Shown in pieces: positions 25,322 through 36,200 of a stretch of 64,000 nucleotides of DNA. Each line of letters starts with the position of its first letter. Positions within the stretch are counted from its first letter, which is position 1. The notes under the pieces were generated by a model that worked only from the letters and a program-made list of their open reading frames with translations, did no database searches and was not told the origin of the DNA. A program made the position numbers and the translations under genes. Source of the DNA: Podarcis muralis (Eukaryota); contig NC_135667.1 of the NCBI RefSeq assembly GCF_964188315.1, forward strand, positions 25,854,001 through 25,918,000, read 5' to 3'.

Positions 25322-25450
25322 AGCATGAGAATTAATCTCAGGGTTCTTGGTTTGAGCCCCATGTGGGGCAAACGATTCCTGCATTGTAGAGGATTGGACT
25401 AGATAACCCTTGTGGTGTGGTCCCTTCCAGCTCTACAATTCTAAGATTCC
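25322..25450 (+). mobile_element. 5'-truncated tRNA(Lys)-derived SINE with CR1-like tail
   Basis: agcatgagaattaatctcagggttcttggtttgagcccc resembles the 3' half of tRNA-Lys; tail attcctgcattg...ggactaga...ttccagctctacaattcta. Confidence 0.65.
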
Positions 25451-26350
25451 TCAGACAATCCCCAGAACTCTCTCAAAGACTGCCATTCCACCTCCTATGG
25501 TGGTCCGTAAAGAACAAAAGGGACTGTGATCTGGGCACTCTAAAGGGGACTTCCATACTCAAATTATATACGGGGTCAGTGAATTATAATGTGAATGGAA
25601 GTTATTCAGGGTGATCTTGCTGGAAGTTAAAAGCTTTATCTAACTTTTTTAGTTTTATTTATTAAAAAACCAATATGGGATGGGGGCTTCCCGGAGCTCT
25701 TTAACACCTTTTTATTGTTATGCTTTTTGGAGGATGGCCCTTTACAGTAGATATGAAGTTGCTAATGCTATGCTAAGAATATGTGGAAGCAAGAAAACAC
25801 AGGAATCTCTGAAAGTTGCTATATTTTGCTTCTCTCAGTTCCTCCAGTATAAATTGTTGTTATAACTATTTTGATTAATATGCTGTTTAAAAAAATATGT
25901 TTACTGTACATTTTAATGATTGGTGTTCAGATGACATTTATTTACTGTGCATTGTAATTACATGCGGCTATATCATAGCATTGGTTTTGTAATTACAGTA
26001 AGTCATTCCGGTGAATGATGCCAGCACTGATCATGTGTATGTGGATACACACACAAACATTTTTTTAAAAAAAATGTTCCAAGCCATTTAAATGCTTGGG
26101 ACCTGCACAAGGAGGAATCATCTGATTTGATAATTGTGCCCTCATTCGAGTTGGGATTCCACTGACCAGTTAAACAGTAATTGTTTTAGCTGACCAAAGT
26201 GAGAACCTAGTTGAAATGGAATGCATATAATAATTTAAGGACAGATGTTTGCTCAAGCGGGTAGACATCACCAATTTCTTATAAAATCCCTCCCACCAGA
26301 ATTTCAAATGAACTACATACACAAGCAGAAAAAAACCCCAAAATATGCAC

Positions 26351-27255
26351 TCATGTTCTTTTTTTGCCAATTAGTTGTTCTCTGGTGTTCAACTCAGGTC
26401 TGAATATAATAATGTAGCATTTTGGGGAAAAGATACAACCCAGTAATCCAGCACCAGAGGACAAGATGGAAAAGATCTCCACAGCTACCATGTATTTTCC
26501 TTTGGTGCTCAGATAGGTGGGAACAAAGGACAACCAAACACTACAAAACACCAGCAGGCTGAAAGTGATAAATTTGGCCTCATTGAAACTGTCAGGTAAC
26601 TTCCTGGCCAGGAAAGCCAAGATGAAGCTGACAATGGCCAGCAAACCCATATAGACTAAGACACCATAAAACATGGCCACTGAACCCTCATTACATTCAA
26701 GTATGATTTCCCCATGCAGTGAGTGCATATCCATATCTGGGAATGGAGGGGATGTACTTAACCAAAGAGTACCTATGCAAGCCTGAATACAGGAGCAGAA
26801 AAGGACAATAGAATTTGCCAGCCTTTTCCCTATCCATTTCCTCATACTTGATCCTGGTTTGGTTGCCATGAATGCCAGAAGCACAGTAATGGTTTTTGCC
26901 AAAACACTGGAAAGGGCCACAGAAAAGATGATGCTAAAAGTGATTTGTCGGAGAAGGCAGGTGACCTTTTGAGGCTGTCCAATGAAGAGAAAGGAGCAGA
27001 GGAAACAAAGCAGGAGAGAGATGAGGAGAATGTAGGTCAGAGTCCGATTGTTGGCTTTGACTATGGGAGTATTATTGTGCTTCATAAAAGTCCCAAGGAT
27101 GAATGTTGTGACCAGAGAGAAAGAAATAGTCAAGATAACTAAGATAAGCCCTAAATCTTCTTCATAAGAGAGGTAGCTTGGGACCTTGGGAATGCATTGG
27201 GTTTGGTCATGGTTGGGATACTCATCTTCTGGACATTTCACACAGGCAGCCATAT
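26351..27255 (-). CDS. V2R exon 6 (7TM)
   Basis: Acceptor ttttatttcag|at. [45 protein letters not shown]. Confidence 0.95.
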
Positions 27256-30200
27256 CTGAAATAAAAGAGGAGCTGTTTAAATATTGCAGATACTGACCAA
27301 TGTACAGCTAAAGCATTGGTTCTTAACTTTTTGGGAGGCACGTCACAGAACTTTTATATAATCTCCTCATAAAAATATCCACATAAAGACATAAACAGCG
27401 AATTTTGCATTCAATTTATATTCAAAATTCCCTTTTTTCACATAGACAGAATCTAAAAACCGTCTACAATGTTTCATGTTATTTCATGCAGCTGTAAAAC
27501 ATTGGGTTGCTCTGTTATGCTGACAATTTATTTTGCCCGTTGTTTGAAATATTATTCCTAAATTAATGATGACAGAAACTGTATTGCAAGATTATCAAAG
27601 GGGAGAAACAATGATGGTGAATGTATCCTGAAATGTTGGTGATATTATCACCATGTTGTATAATATAAACTTGAAGGCTGGGATTCAACCAGGCTTTTGA
27701 GTGTTCTTGAGGAATGAATGTTTCACAAAGCCATTTCCGAGCCTCGGGAGGAGAGGGTGTTGCGGGCTGGCCCCTCCCACAAGCGCGGGGGCTGGAGCTT
27801 AGCCCCCGCGAGAGCAAGGGAATCCCCGGGGGCGTGCCTCTCCGCCTTCCCCCTGTCCGCCAATCGGCGGGCGGGGGAGGTGTGGCCTGCGCTATTTAAG
27901 GCCAGGCACGCCCCGGGATCGCCCTCTTCACTCCTCAGCAGCAGAGAAGTTTTGTTTTCAGCTGATCGCTTCAGGGATCCCCCCCTTTTTTTTTTACCTC
28001 GTGCAGCGTGCGGGAAGCCCTTCGGAGCGCTCCTTCGTGCACCCTTGAGAGAGGCATCGCAGCAACCGCCGTAGCTTGGACCGCGTGGGGTCCGTTTTTT
28101 CTACCAACCCGCTTGCGGTTATTCGCCAAAAAGAGCTGAAATACATAGGGGGGTTTCGGGGGGGCTTATTCTCGTAGGTTGCGCAGCCACGCTCTCGGCA
28201 GTCAACGGTAGTAGTAGACGAAGGAAAGGAGCGCCGCCGCCCGTGCGCGATTCGCGCGCTCCGGATAGCTTCCCCTTCGTGGCTTCGTTGCCTTTGTCGA
28301 GGGTCGCCTGCCGCTGCTTACCGCCGAACAGCTGGTCGCCTTCCGCGCCGCCTTCCTCCCGCGTCGTTCCCCCGTCACCACTCGGAACAGGTCGTATTGT
28401 GTTTTGCTTTTGGGGATCTGTATATTTTGTTTTTTCGTGCTAGGTTTGGTGGTATCGTGAAACCTTGCTTGCGGGAGTCTGCGTGTCGCCGTTAGTTGCT
28501 TTCCCCACGCTACGAGCCCCCACCCCTTTTCGGTGTCTCCTCATCCTCCCTCCTATTGCTGCGGTCTTTCGTTCCCTGATTCTGTGAATAGCGCAAAGCG
28601 TTCTCTGCTGCTGCTTTGCTTTGCGTCCCCCTGATCCTGTGTCTATCTCTCGTTGCGAAGCTCCTCCGCAGCGCGCCCACAATTGATATAGTATATTGGC
28701 CACGGGCTGCTGCAAAAATTTAGATTTAGTTTCGGGAGGTTTCTGGGTTCCGCAAAGCAGCTTTTACGAGGAGATTGGGTGGCGTTGCTAAGCAACAAGA
28801 TTGCTTTCAGCGCCATTTTGAATTGACCACGTGGCTCTGGGGCGGCAGCCATTTTGGGAGAGGCACGCCGCATTAGGATAGCGTTCAACGCCATTTTGTT
28901 TTGCCCACGTGGCTCCGGAGCGGCAGCCATTTTGGGAGAGGCAGGCTGCATTAGGATAGCGTTCGACGCCATTTTGTTTTGACCACGTGGCTCAGGGGCG
29001 GCAGCCATTTTGGGAGGGGCAAAAGCCGGTTAGGAAGGAAGCCTTCCGGGTGGCATTAACAAAATTGTAGGCACACTTAGCACAGTGGGGGGATAGGAAG
29101 AGGAGGCCCGGTAGTCAAGCTTAGGTACAACCAACTCATCTAGGAGGCTTGCAATTTAACAACGTTGTTCCCAAACCCCACCCCACCCCCAATTTTTTGC
29201 GGATTCTGCTGGCATCATCATTTCGTAATTAAAGTGCATAGTGCCCGGCTTTGAGGGCTTGCCTATGAGAAACTCAGTTAAGTGACGTGCTTCATTTAGT
29301 AGTTAATTATAGTGAATCTTTCCGCAGTAATTCATTCCTTAAGGTACGCAGAGCCAGTTAAGTGACGTGCTTCATTTAGTAGTTAATTATAGTTAATTAT
29401 AGTGAATCTTTCCGCAGTAATTCATTCCTTAAGGTACGCAGAGCCAAGTTTCTATTTAATTGGATTAGCCGGGCAAGGCAATTACTTGGTAACTGAATTA
29501 TTTACATAGGTACCGGATTAGCAGCCTCACCGCCATAATTCCCCTCCGCTTTAATGCTTGGCAATAAATTTTTGAGATAGACTTGAAGTTATCCATCTGG
29601 GCACAGCTCCTGCTGTTCTCCCATTTGTGCTCCATTTCAGGTTCAAGTTAAGTATAAGCAAGCGGATCTAGTGGAAGAGGCGGGTGGTGTGAAGTCAACT
29701 GTTTTTATATATGCATTTTAATACTTATTAAGCGTTGTTAAATAAATAAATAAGTAGATAAATATATATTAATAAAAAATAAAATAAAAAATTGTTTTAA
29801 TTATTAACTAATCAAGAATTAACTAATTAAACTAAAATAAAATTAATAGTTAGTTAAAAAAATAAATAAAAAATAAATAAATAAATAGGGGGTCTAATCG
29901 CCTTGCTAGATCTTTCGGTACTGTTAGGTACAGTTGATATTGCAATGGCTTCCGGAGGCGAGCAACAGCCTTCCACCTCCGGCAATCAGTCAGCAGCTGC
30001 AGCAAGTAGCGGGGGTGCACAGATGGTGTCCATGTCTTGCAATCCCCAAGCGTTTGACCAGCTTTTCAGGGCATTTGAATCTTTTTATAGACAGTGTAGG
30101 CCCGGGCCCGGGGCACCTCCGGCTCCAGAGCAGTCGCAGGACGTTATTCCCGACACACCACCAGCCAATCAAGGACAGCAGGGCATACCTCTCGCGGCAG

Positions 30201-33200
30201 TAGCCAGTGCCCAGCCTGGGACACCAACCGCAAGCCGCCCCAATACACGTGCCCAGTCCGTGCTAGCCAGGAAGGCAGTGCAAGGTGGTAGCAAAGGCAA
30301 GGCACCCGCGAAACATGGCGGCAAAGGGAAGACTCCGGCTAAGGGGGCCAATGTCATACCCCTCTCACAAACATCAGGTATTCCGAGTGTTTTCCAGAAA
30401 CAGCAGCCTCTGCATAGCTCCACCGAGGACAGCGCAGGTTCTGGGTCCGACGAGGACCGGGTGGAACCCCAACCACCTCAGCCGGTTGCCGAGACCAGCG
30501 CAGCTGCCGCAGACACTCAAGGGGGTAAGAGGAAGTCAAAGAAGAAGCACATCTCCGCAAAAAAGAAGAGGAGCAAGCAATCGGATACGGAAGAGGACAC
30601 AGGTACGTCTTCTTCAGACTCTGATGATGAGGCCCTTATGGATGGGTACTGGGGTCAAGGGGGAAATAATCACGGGATCCCTTTGTGGGCACATGAGCGG
30701 AGGGCAAATTCCCATAGGAAGACCTTCAGTGGGGTGCTGGAGTGGAAGGATGGGGCTCTGGTGGAAGATGTAAAGGTCGCCACCAATCAGCCCACGGATT
30801 TCATATTGGGGAACCATTTGTCGCAGAAAAAGAGAAATAAGATTCTTAATGGAGACTATGTAGACATGTTCACCCTCCTCCCTCCAGCCAAATTAATGGA
30901 AAAAGGTGAAAAGAGGCGCTCTTACGGTAAGAGGAGGTATAGAACACCTAGGGCGGAGCGCAATTTCGAAAACTGGTTAGATGGTTACCAGATTTTCATG
31001 GGAGTTGTGTGCGCTGCCTATCCCCGACGCTCCATGGACTTGGTAGCTTACATGGCTCACGTGAGGAGGGCTCGTGCGCTCGCGGGTGAAAATGCTGCAT
31101 TGACATATGATGAGAATTTCCGTAGAAATGCGTCTCTGCTCCCTGCTACCCGATGGGACCTTACTGATCCAAACTACTGGGGAGAAGATGTAAATCCATA
31201 CATTGATAAGAAAAACCTGGATACGGCCAGAGTTGGTAAGACCGAGGTGAAACGCCGGCGCCAGTGTTGGGAGTTTAACAGGGGCGTTTGCTCCCGTCCC
31301 TTATGTAAGTACCTACATGAGTGCGAACGTTGCTGGGGTAACCACCCCGCTTCTGCCTGCTTTAAAGGTAAGCAGCAGCCCTTTCGTGGGGGCAGGGGGT
31401 ACTTCAACGGCAACGCCAGGGGTGCCCCCGGATCCTCCCACCAGGGACCAGGTAACCGCCTGTAACACCGGCACAGTAACGTTAGTGGCGCCCACGGATC
31501 TGCCCATCTCGGAACAGTTAACCCCCAGTAATCTTGACCTCGGTTTGGCTTTTTCCCCTATCCGCCTGCAGCCTTTAAAATCCCTCTTAGAGATATACCC
31601 TGAGCGGAAAGCCGCGCAATATCTTTGGGAAGGCTTCTCCAAAGGTTTCCGAATCCCGGTAGCAGTTCCCCCCAATTCCAGGGAGCCTCAAAATCAAAAA
31701 TCAGTTAGGGAGAGGCCGGATATAGCTAGGAAAAAGATAGAGAAGGAAATCAGGGCGGGGAGAGTGGCAGGTCCCTTTGATGAGCCTCCCTTTGAGGGTC
31801 TTCACTTATCTCCTCTGGGTATAGTACCAAAGAAGGCTCCTGGAGAATTCCGGATGATTCATAACCTGTCCTACCCTAGGGGTGCCTCAGTCAACGACGC
31901 AATCCCCCAGGAGCTTTGCTCAGTTAAATACGCTTCATTTGATCAAGCGGTAAAAATGATTCGTAGATTTGGGCAAGGGGCATCACTGGCAAAATGCGAC
32001 ATCGAGTCGGCCTTCCGCCTTCTCCCGGTACGTCCAGATGACTTCCGGTGGTTGGGCTTCAAATTTGAGGGGGCTTATTTCATTGACAAGGTGATGCCCA
32101 TGGGCTGCTCCGTCGCTTGCGCAGCCTTCGAGTCATTCAGTACATTTTTGGATTGGGCCCTACGCCATAGGACAGGGTCGTCGGGCGTGTCGCATTACCT
32201 CGATGATTTTATCCTGGCCGCTGATAGCAGACCTCGATGCTCTGCTCTCCTCAAGGCCTTCACAGACTTAGCGGGGGAATTGGGGGTACCGCTGGCCGCG
32301 GACAAAACTGAGGGCCCGGCCACTAGCATGGTGTATTTGGGTATTGAGCTAGATACTGTGGCACAGACCTCCAGGTTGCCAAAGGATAAGCTCTTGGCGC
32401 TTAAGGCAATGATTCTGCAGCTACTGCCCCTAAGGAAAGTCACCCTACGACAAATTCAATCCCTCTTAGGACACCTAAATTTTGCATGTAGGGTGGTGGC
32501 GCCGGGGCTCCCCTTTTGTAACCGCTTGGCCAGACTGTCGGCAGGTCTTAAGGCGCCACAGCACAGGGTACGCCTATCCAAGGAGGTTAAAGCAGACTTA
32601 GGCGTCTGGTTGCAATTCCTAGAAAAGTACAACGGTATATCCTTATGGCAAGACTCCATGGCACTCAACACCGACTTCCAAGTGCAGTCGGATGCCGCAG
32701 GGTCGCTGGGTTTTGGAGTTTACTTTAAAGGCCAATGGTGTGCCAGAAAGTGGCCCACGGAATGGAGAGGACAGCCCATTACTCGGGACCTTACATTCTT
32801 GGAATTTTTTCCAATAGTAGTGGCAGTACACCTCTGGGCAGAACAGTTCAGCAATCATAGGGTTTGCTTCAATACAGACAATCAAGCAGTGGTGGCGGTC
32901 CTGGCCAGACAATCTGTGCGCTCCACCAGAGTAGGGAACCTATTGCGAGCCTTTGTTCTTCTGTGTCTGGAACGGAACATATACTTTTCGGCCAAATTTG
33001 TACCTGGCGTTAATAATGACATCGCGGATGCTCTGTCTCTTTTTCAGATGGAGCGCTTTCGCTCATTAGCGCCGGATGCGGAGCAATCATCGATGCCTTT
33101 CCCGGAGCATCTCTGGAGGATTGGGAGAGAGAAGTAATGAAGGGAGTATTCGGTGCTGTGGCCCCGTCCACGATGCGTTCATACAAGAAGGCTTGGGCCG

Positions 33201-36200
33201 ATTTCCTAATTTTCCGCAGTAAAGCACCAGGCGCTAGGCCCTATGCTGCCCCTTCAACAAGAGAGGTCCTCCACTACCTGGCTCACCTGAAGGAGTTAGG
33301 CAGGGCCCCTAAGACCCTCAATATCCAGTCGGCAGGGATATCTTATTTCTGTAAAGCCTTTTTCACGACCGACCCGTGCGCGGCTTTTATCGTACGCAAA
33401 ACTCTTGAGGGTTGGCGCAGGCAGCACCCCCCTAGTGCAGATGGGAGGCGGCCTTTAACGTATGACATCTTGTCCCAGATTCACAAGGCATTACGTACGG
33501 TATGCTGGTCTAAGTATGAAGCGCGCCTATTCTCGGCTGCGTTCTCGATATCCTTTTTCGGCGCCCTACGCATAGGAGAGGTCGTCTGTGAAGGGGGAGT
33601 TACCCATGCTCAGAGGGGCATCTTATTAAGTGACATAACCCTGTCACGGTCGGACCTAATCATCCGGGTCCGGAGCTCAAAGACAGACCAGCAGGGAAAA
33701 GGGGCCCTACTTCGCCTTCCAGCAGCTCAGGACAAGGGGCCCTGCCCAGTTAGGGACGCGAGACGCTTTCTATACCTAAGACCCAAGAACCCTGGACCCT
33801 TGTTTATTCATGCAGACGGGTCGCGACTGGCTAGGCAGCAATTCACCCGGGTAATGCGTATGGCTTTGACGGCATGTGGTTTGCCTGCGGCAGAGTTTGC
33901 GGCACACTCCTTCCGTATTGGTGCGGCCACCACCGCGGTGCATCTGGGGCTCTCCACCGAGAGGATCAAGGAAATGGGGAGGTGGAGATCTAATGCTTAT
34001 AAAACTTATGTCAGAAATAACGTATGACTAGGAAGAATACCACTGAACTCTCTTTCCCTGTCTGCTTGCTTTCCAGGAACTAGAAGGTTGTGCATTTGGT
34101 TGGTGGGCCACAGTATAGTACATTGGGCCAAGAATCGGGCCATGAGTACAGGACTGGGGCAAAATCTGAAGTTGCCTGCGAATGTGGAGCTGGCGTGGCT
34201 AGCGCGGAGAGGGATGCGCTGGAGTGAGTTTAAGCCAGCAGTGATGGCGAGAGCTGCCTCAGAGGGGCCCCCTGATGCATTGGTGATTCAGTTGGGAGAA
34301 AACGATCTCGCATATCGCAAGGCGATTGATCTCAGATGGAACATTTTTGATGACCTGTCCGAACTGGTGACAGTGTACCCAAACATCAAAATACTGTGGT
34401 CCTCGTTGCTTGAGAGGAGGACTTGGAGGGACTGTGCGAGTCCAGTTGGTGTGAATAAAGCGAGGAAAGTTTTAGAGCGGGCAGTGGAACGTAGAGTGGT
34501 GGCCTTGGGCGGGTGGATCATTCGACATCCACATATACAGTTCAGCAACGAGGCCCTCTACAGGCGGGATGGCGTGCATTTGTCCGATGCTGGGAACGAT
34601 ATATGGTTGGGGGACATCATAGTAGGTATTAGAGGTTGGTTACAGGCCTGAAGGTATTGGCGGCGAGCTACGCTCGAGTGGCGGTTAGGCATTGGCAGGG
34701 GTCTATTGTTATGCAAATGGATGGGGGGAAGGACACGCCATCACCTTCCCACGAGAAAAAGGGTAGTCCGGTAGAGGACTCCGGGGGCGTTGCCTTGTCC
34801 GAGACCTAGTAAGGTGAGGGCCGCCGGCACGCCCACGAGCGGTGACACCCGTGGGGGTCCTAGTTGGCGTACTCCAACGGGACACCCACGGTTCGTGTTC
34901 AACCCTTCCCGGTTACCATGCCGGGTAGTGATAGGAGCCAATGCCTAAGGCCAATACCTTCAATTCTGTAATCAATAAAGTTGTGGCCATTTACGCCCAT
35001 TAACCTTAAATAATGTGTCTTGTGTCTTTATTTCATATGGGGGAGGGAACTTGCCACGCAATGAGTTCTCACATCTGATACTGGAAATGCAGAAAGTAGA
35101 AATGTCCTTTATTATTTATTTATTTAAAAAATTTTCCCTGTTCTTCATTGTTAATCTAATTTCAAAGTAAAAAAATATGTTGTGATAAGATTCTATTTTT
35201 TTAAAAAATGTAACTAAATGTAACTAAAAACAAAATATATTCTTGAAATGCTAGACGGTCAAGAAGGAAAAGGGTCTTCTGGATACCATATTGAAACTTC
35301 ACATATCAAGATTGGAAAGATATAGGAAAGTCTTTTTCATTAACTGTGGAACTACCTGACAGGTTGCTTTGACTGACAGATAGTGATGGACACAAATTCA
35401 GCCAGTGCCATACTCTTTAAAACTCTTAAAATATAATAGTTAGGGATTTATTTTTTGTTTACAATTTTTCATTGCAAACTACCGTCCTATGCATTCAAAG
35501 GGTTACACTTTATGTTTTGTCATGGAAATGCAAATAAGATAGTTGTGTCCATTATTCCTCCCACCTTTATACTTGGAGACCATTCCTTCTGGACATGGAG
35601 CACAATCATAGCAGCAAAATTTCTCTCCCTCCTTCTTTTTCTTGCTGTAGCCAGGATAGCAGCAGTCATTGCACACAGAAATGGGTAGCACCTGTACAGA
35701 ATCAATAAAGAAAGGGTAATAGATCACTGAAAAAAGGAGGTTGGGAGAAGAAACGGAAGCTCCAGGTTAGAGCTGGGAGAGTTCACTTTTCTCTGTCTTG
35801 TCAAGTTAAGATTTACTTGTGGAAGAGGACTTTTTGTGCTTCTCTCTCACACACACTTTTGCTCTCATTTAGGTTAGGTTTTTTATTGTATTCTTTTATA
35901 TCCCTCAGCTGCCGTGGGAAAACCAGGAAATCCCATTTTGTCACACACGAGCACAGCGGCCATTTTAGGCATTGAGATCTCACCCTTTAAAAAGTGCTTT
36001 TTCAGGGCCACGATCTCACGCAGATCATGTGACTCACATGGGAGCACGGCCCTGGAAGGTGGCATCCTAGTTTTATAGTGTGTTGAGGGGTATGTTGTAT
36101 TAATAAAAGGGAGAAAAGGAGATTGTTTCAGTTGCTGAGGAACTGAGAGGTTGGGCATTAGATTTTGTTCTACTCACATAAATGTACATTTTGCATTGGA

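Larger units (their letters stand above)
27760..35061 (+). mobile_element. Tyrosine-recombinase retrotransposon, Ngaro-like, 7302 bp, in V2R intron 5 (antisense)
   Basis: Sharp GC/CpG rise. Four open ORFs (Gag-CCCH, RT/RH, YR, SGNH); no integrase or protease. Ends ttgcgggctggcccctccc ... gggagggaacttgccacgcaa; no TSD. The left boundary could lie about 25 bp further left. Confidence 0.9.

Noticed and set aside
25315-25345. tRNA-targeted insertion of the mini Ngaro element
   Set aside because: The right flank is tRNA-like, but the left flank (catcacattacact) is not the missing tRNA 5' half.
28643-29008. 121-aa minus-strand ORF with [12 protein letters not shown] repeats
   Set aside because: Translation of the 78-bp repeat; the ATGs come from the antisense of CCATTTT motifs. 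No domain recognised.
28805-29446. CRISPR-like repeat array
   Set aside because: Head-to-tail tandem units without unique spacers, in a eukaryotic context.
34025-34027. Selenocysteine recoding of the YR TGA
   Set aside because: The position is a non-catalytic linker, and I saw no convincing SECIS (AUGA/GA quartet with AA loop) in the 3' UTR.
27700-35100. Target-site duplication or LTRs for the YR element
   Set aside because: No duplicated flank and no TG...CA direct repeats found; consistent with recombinase-mediated integration.
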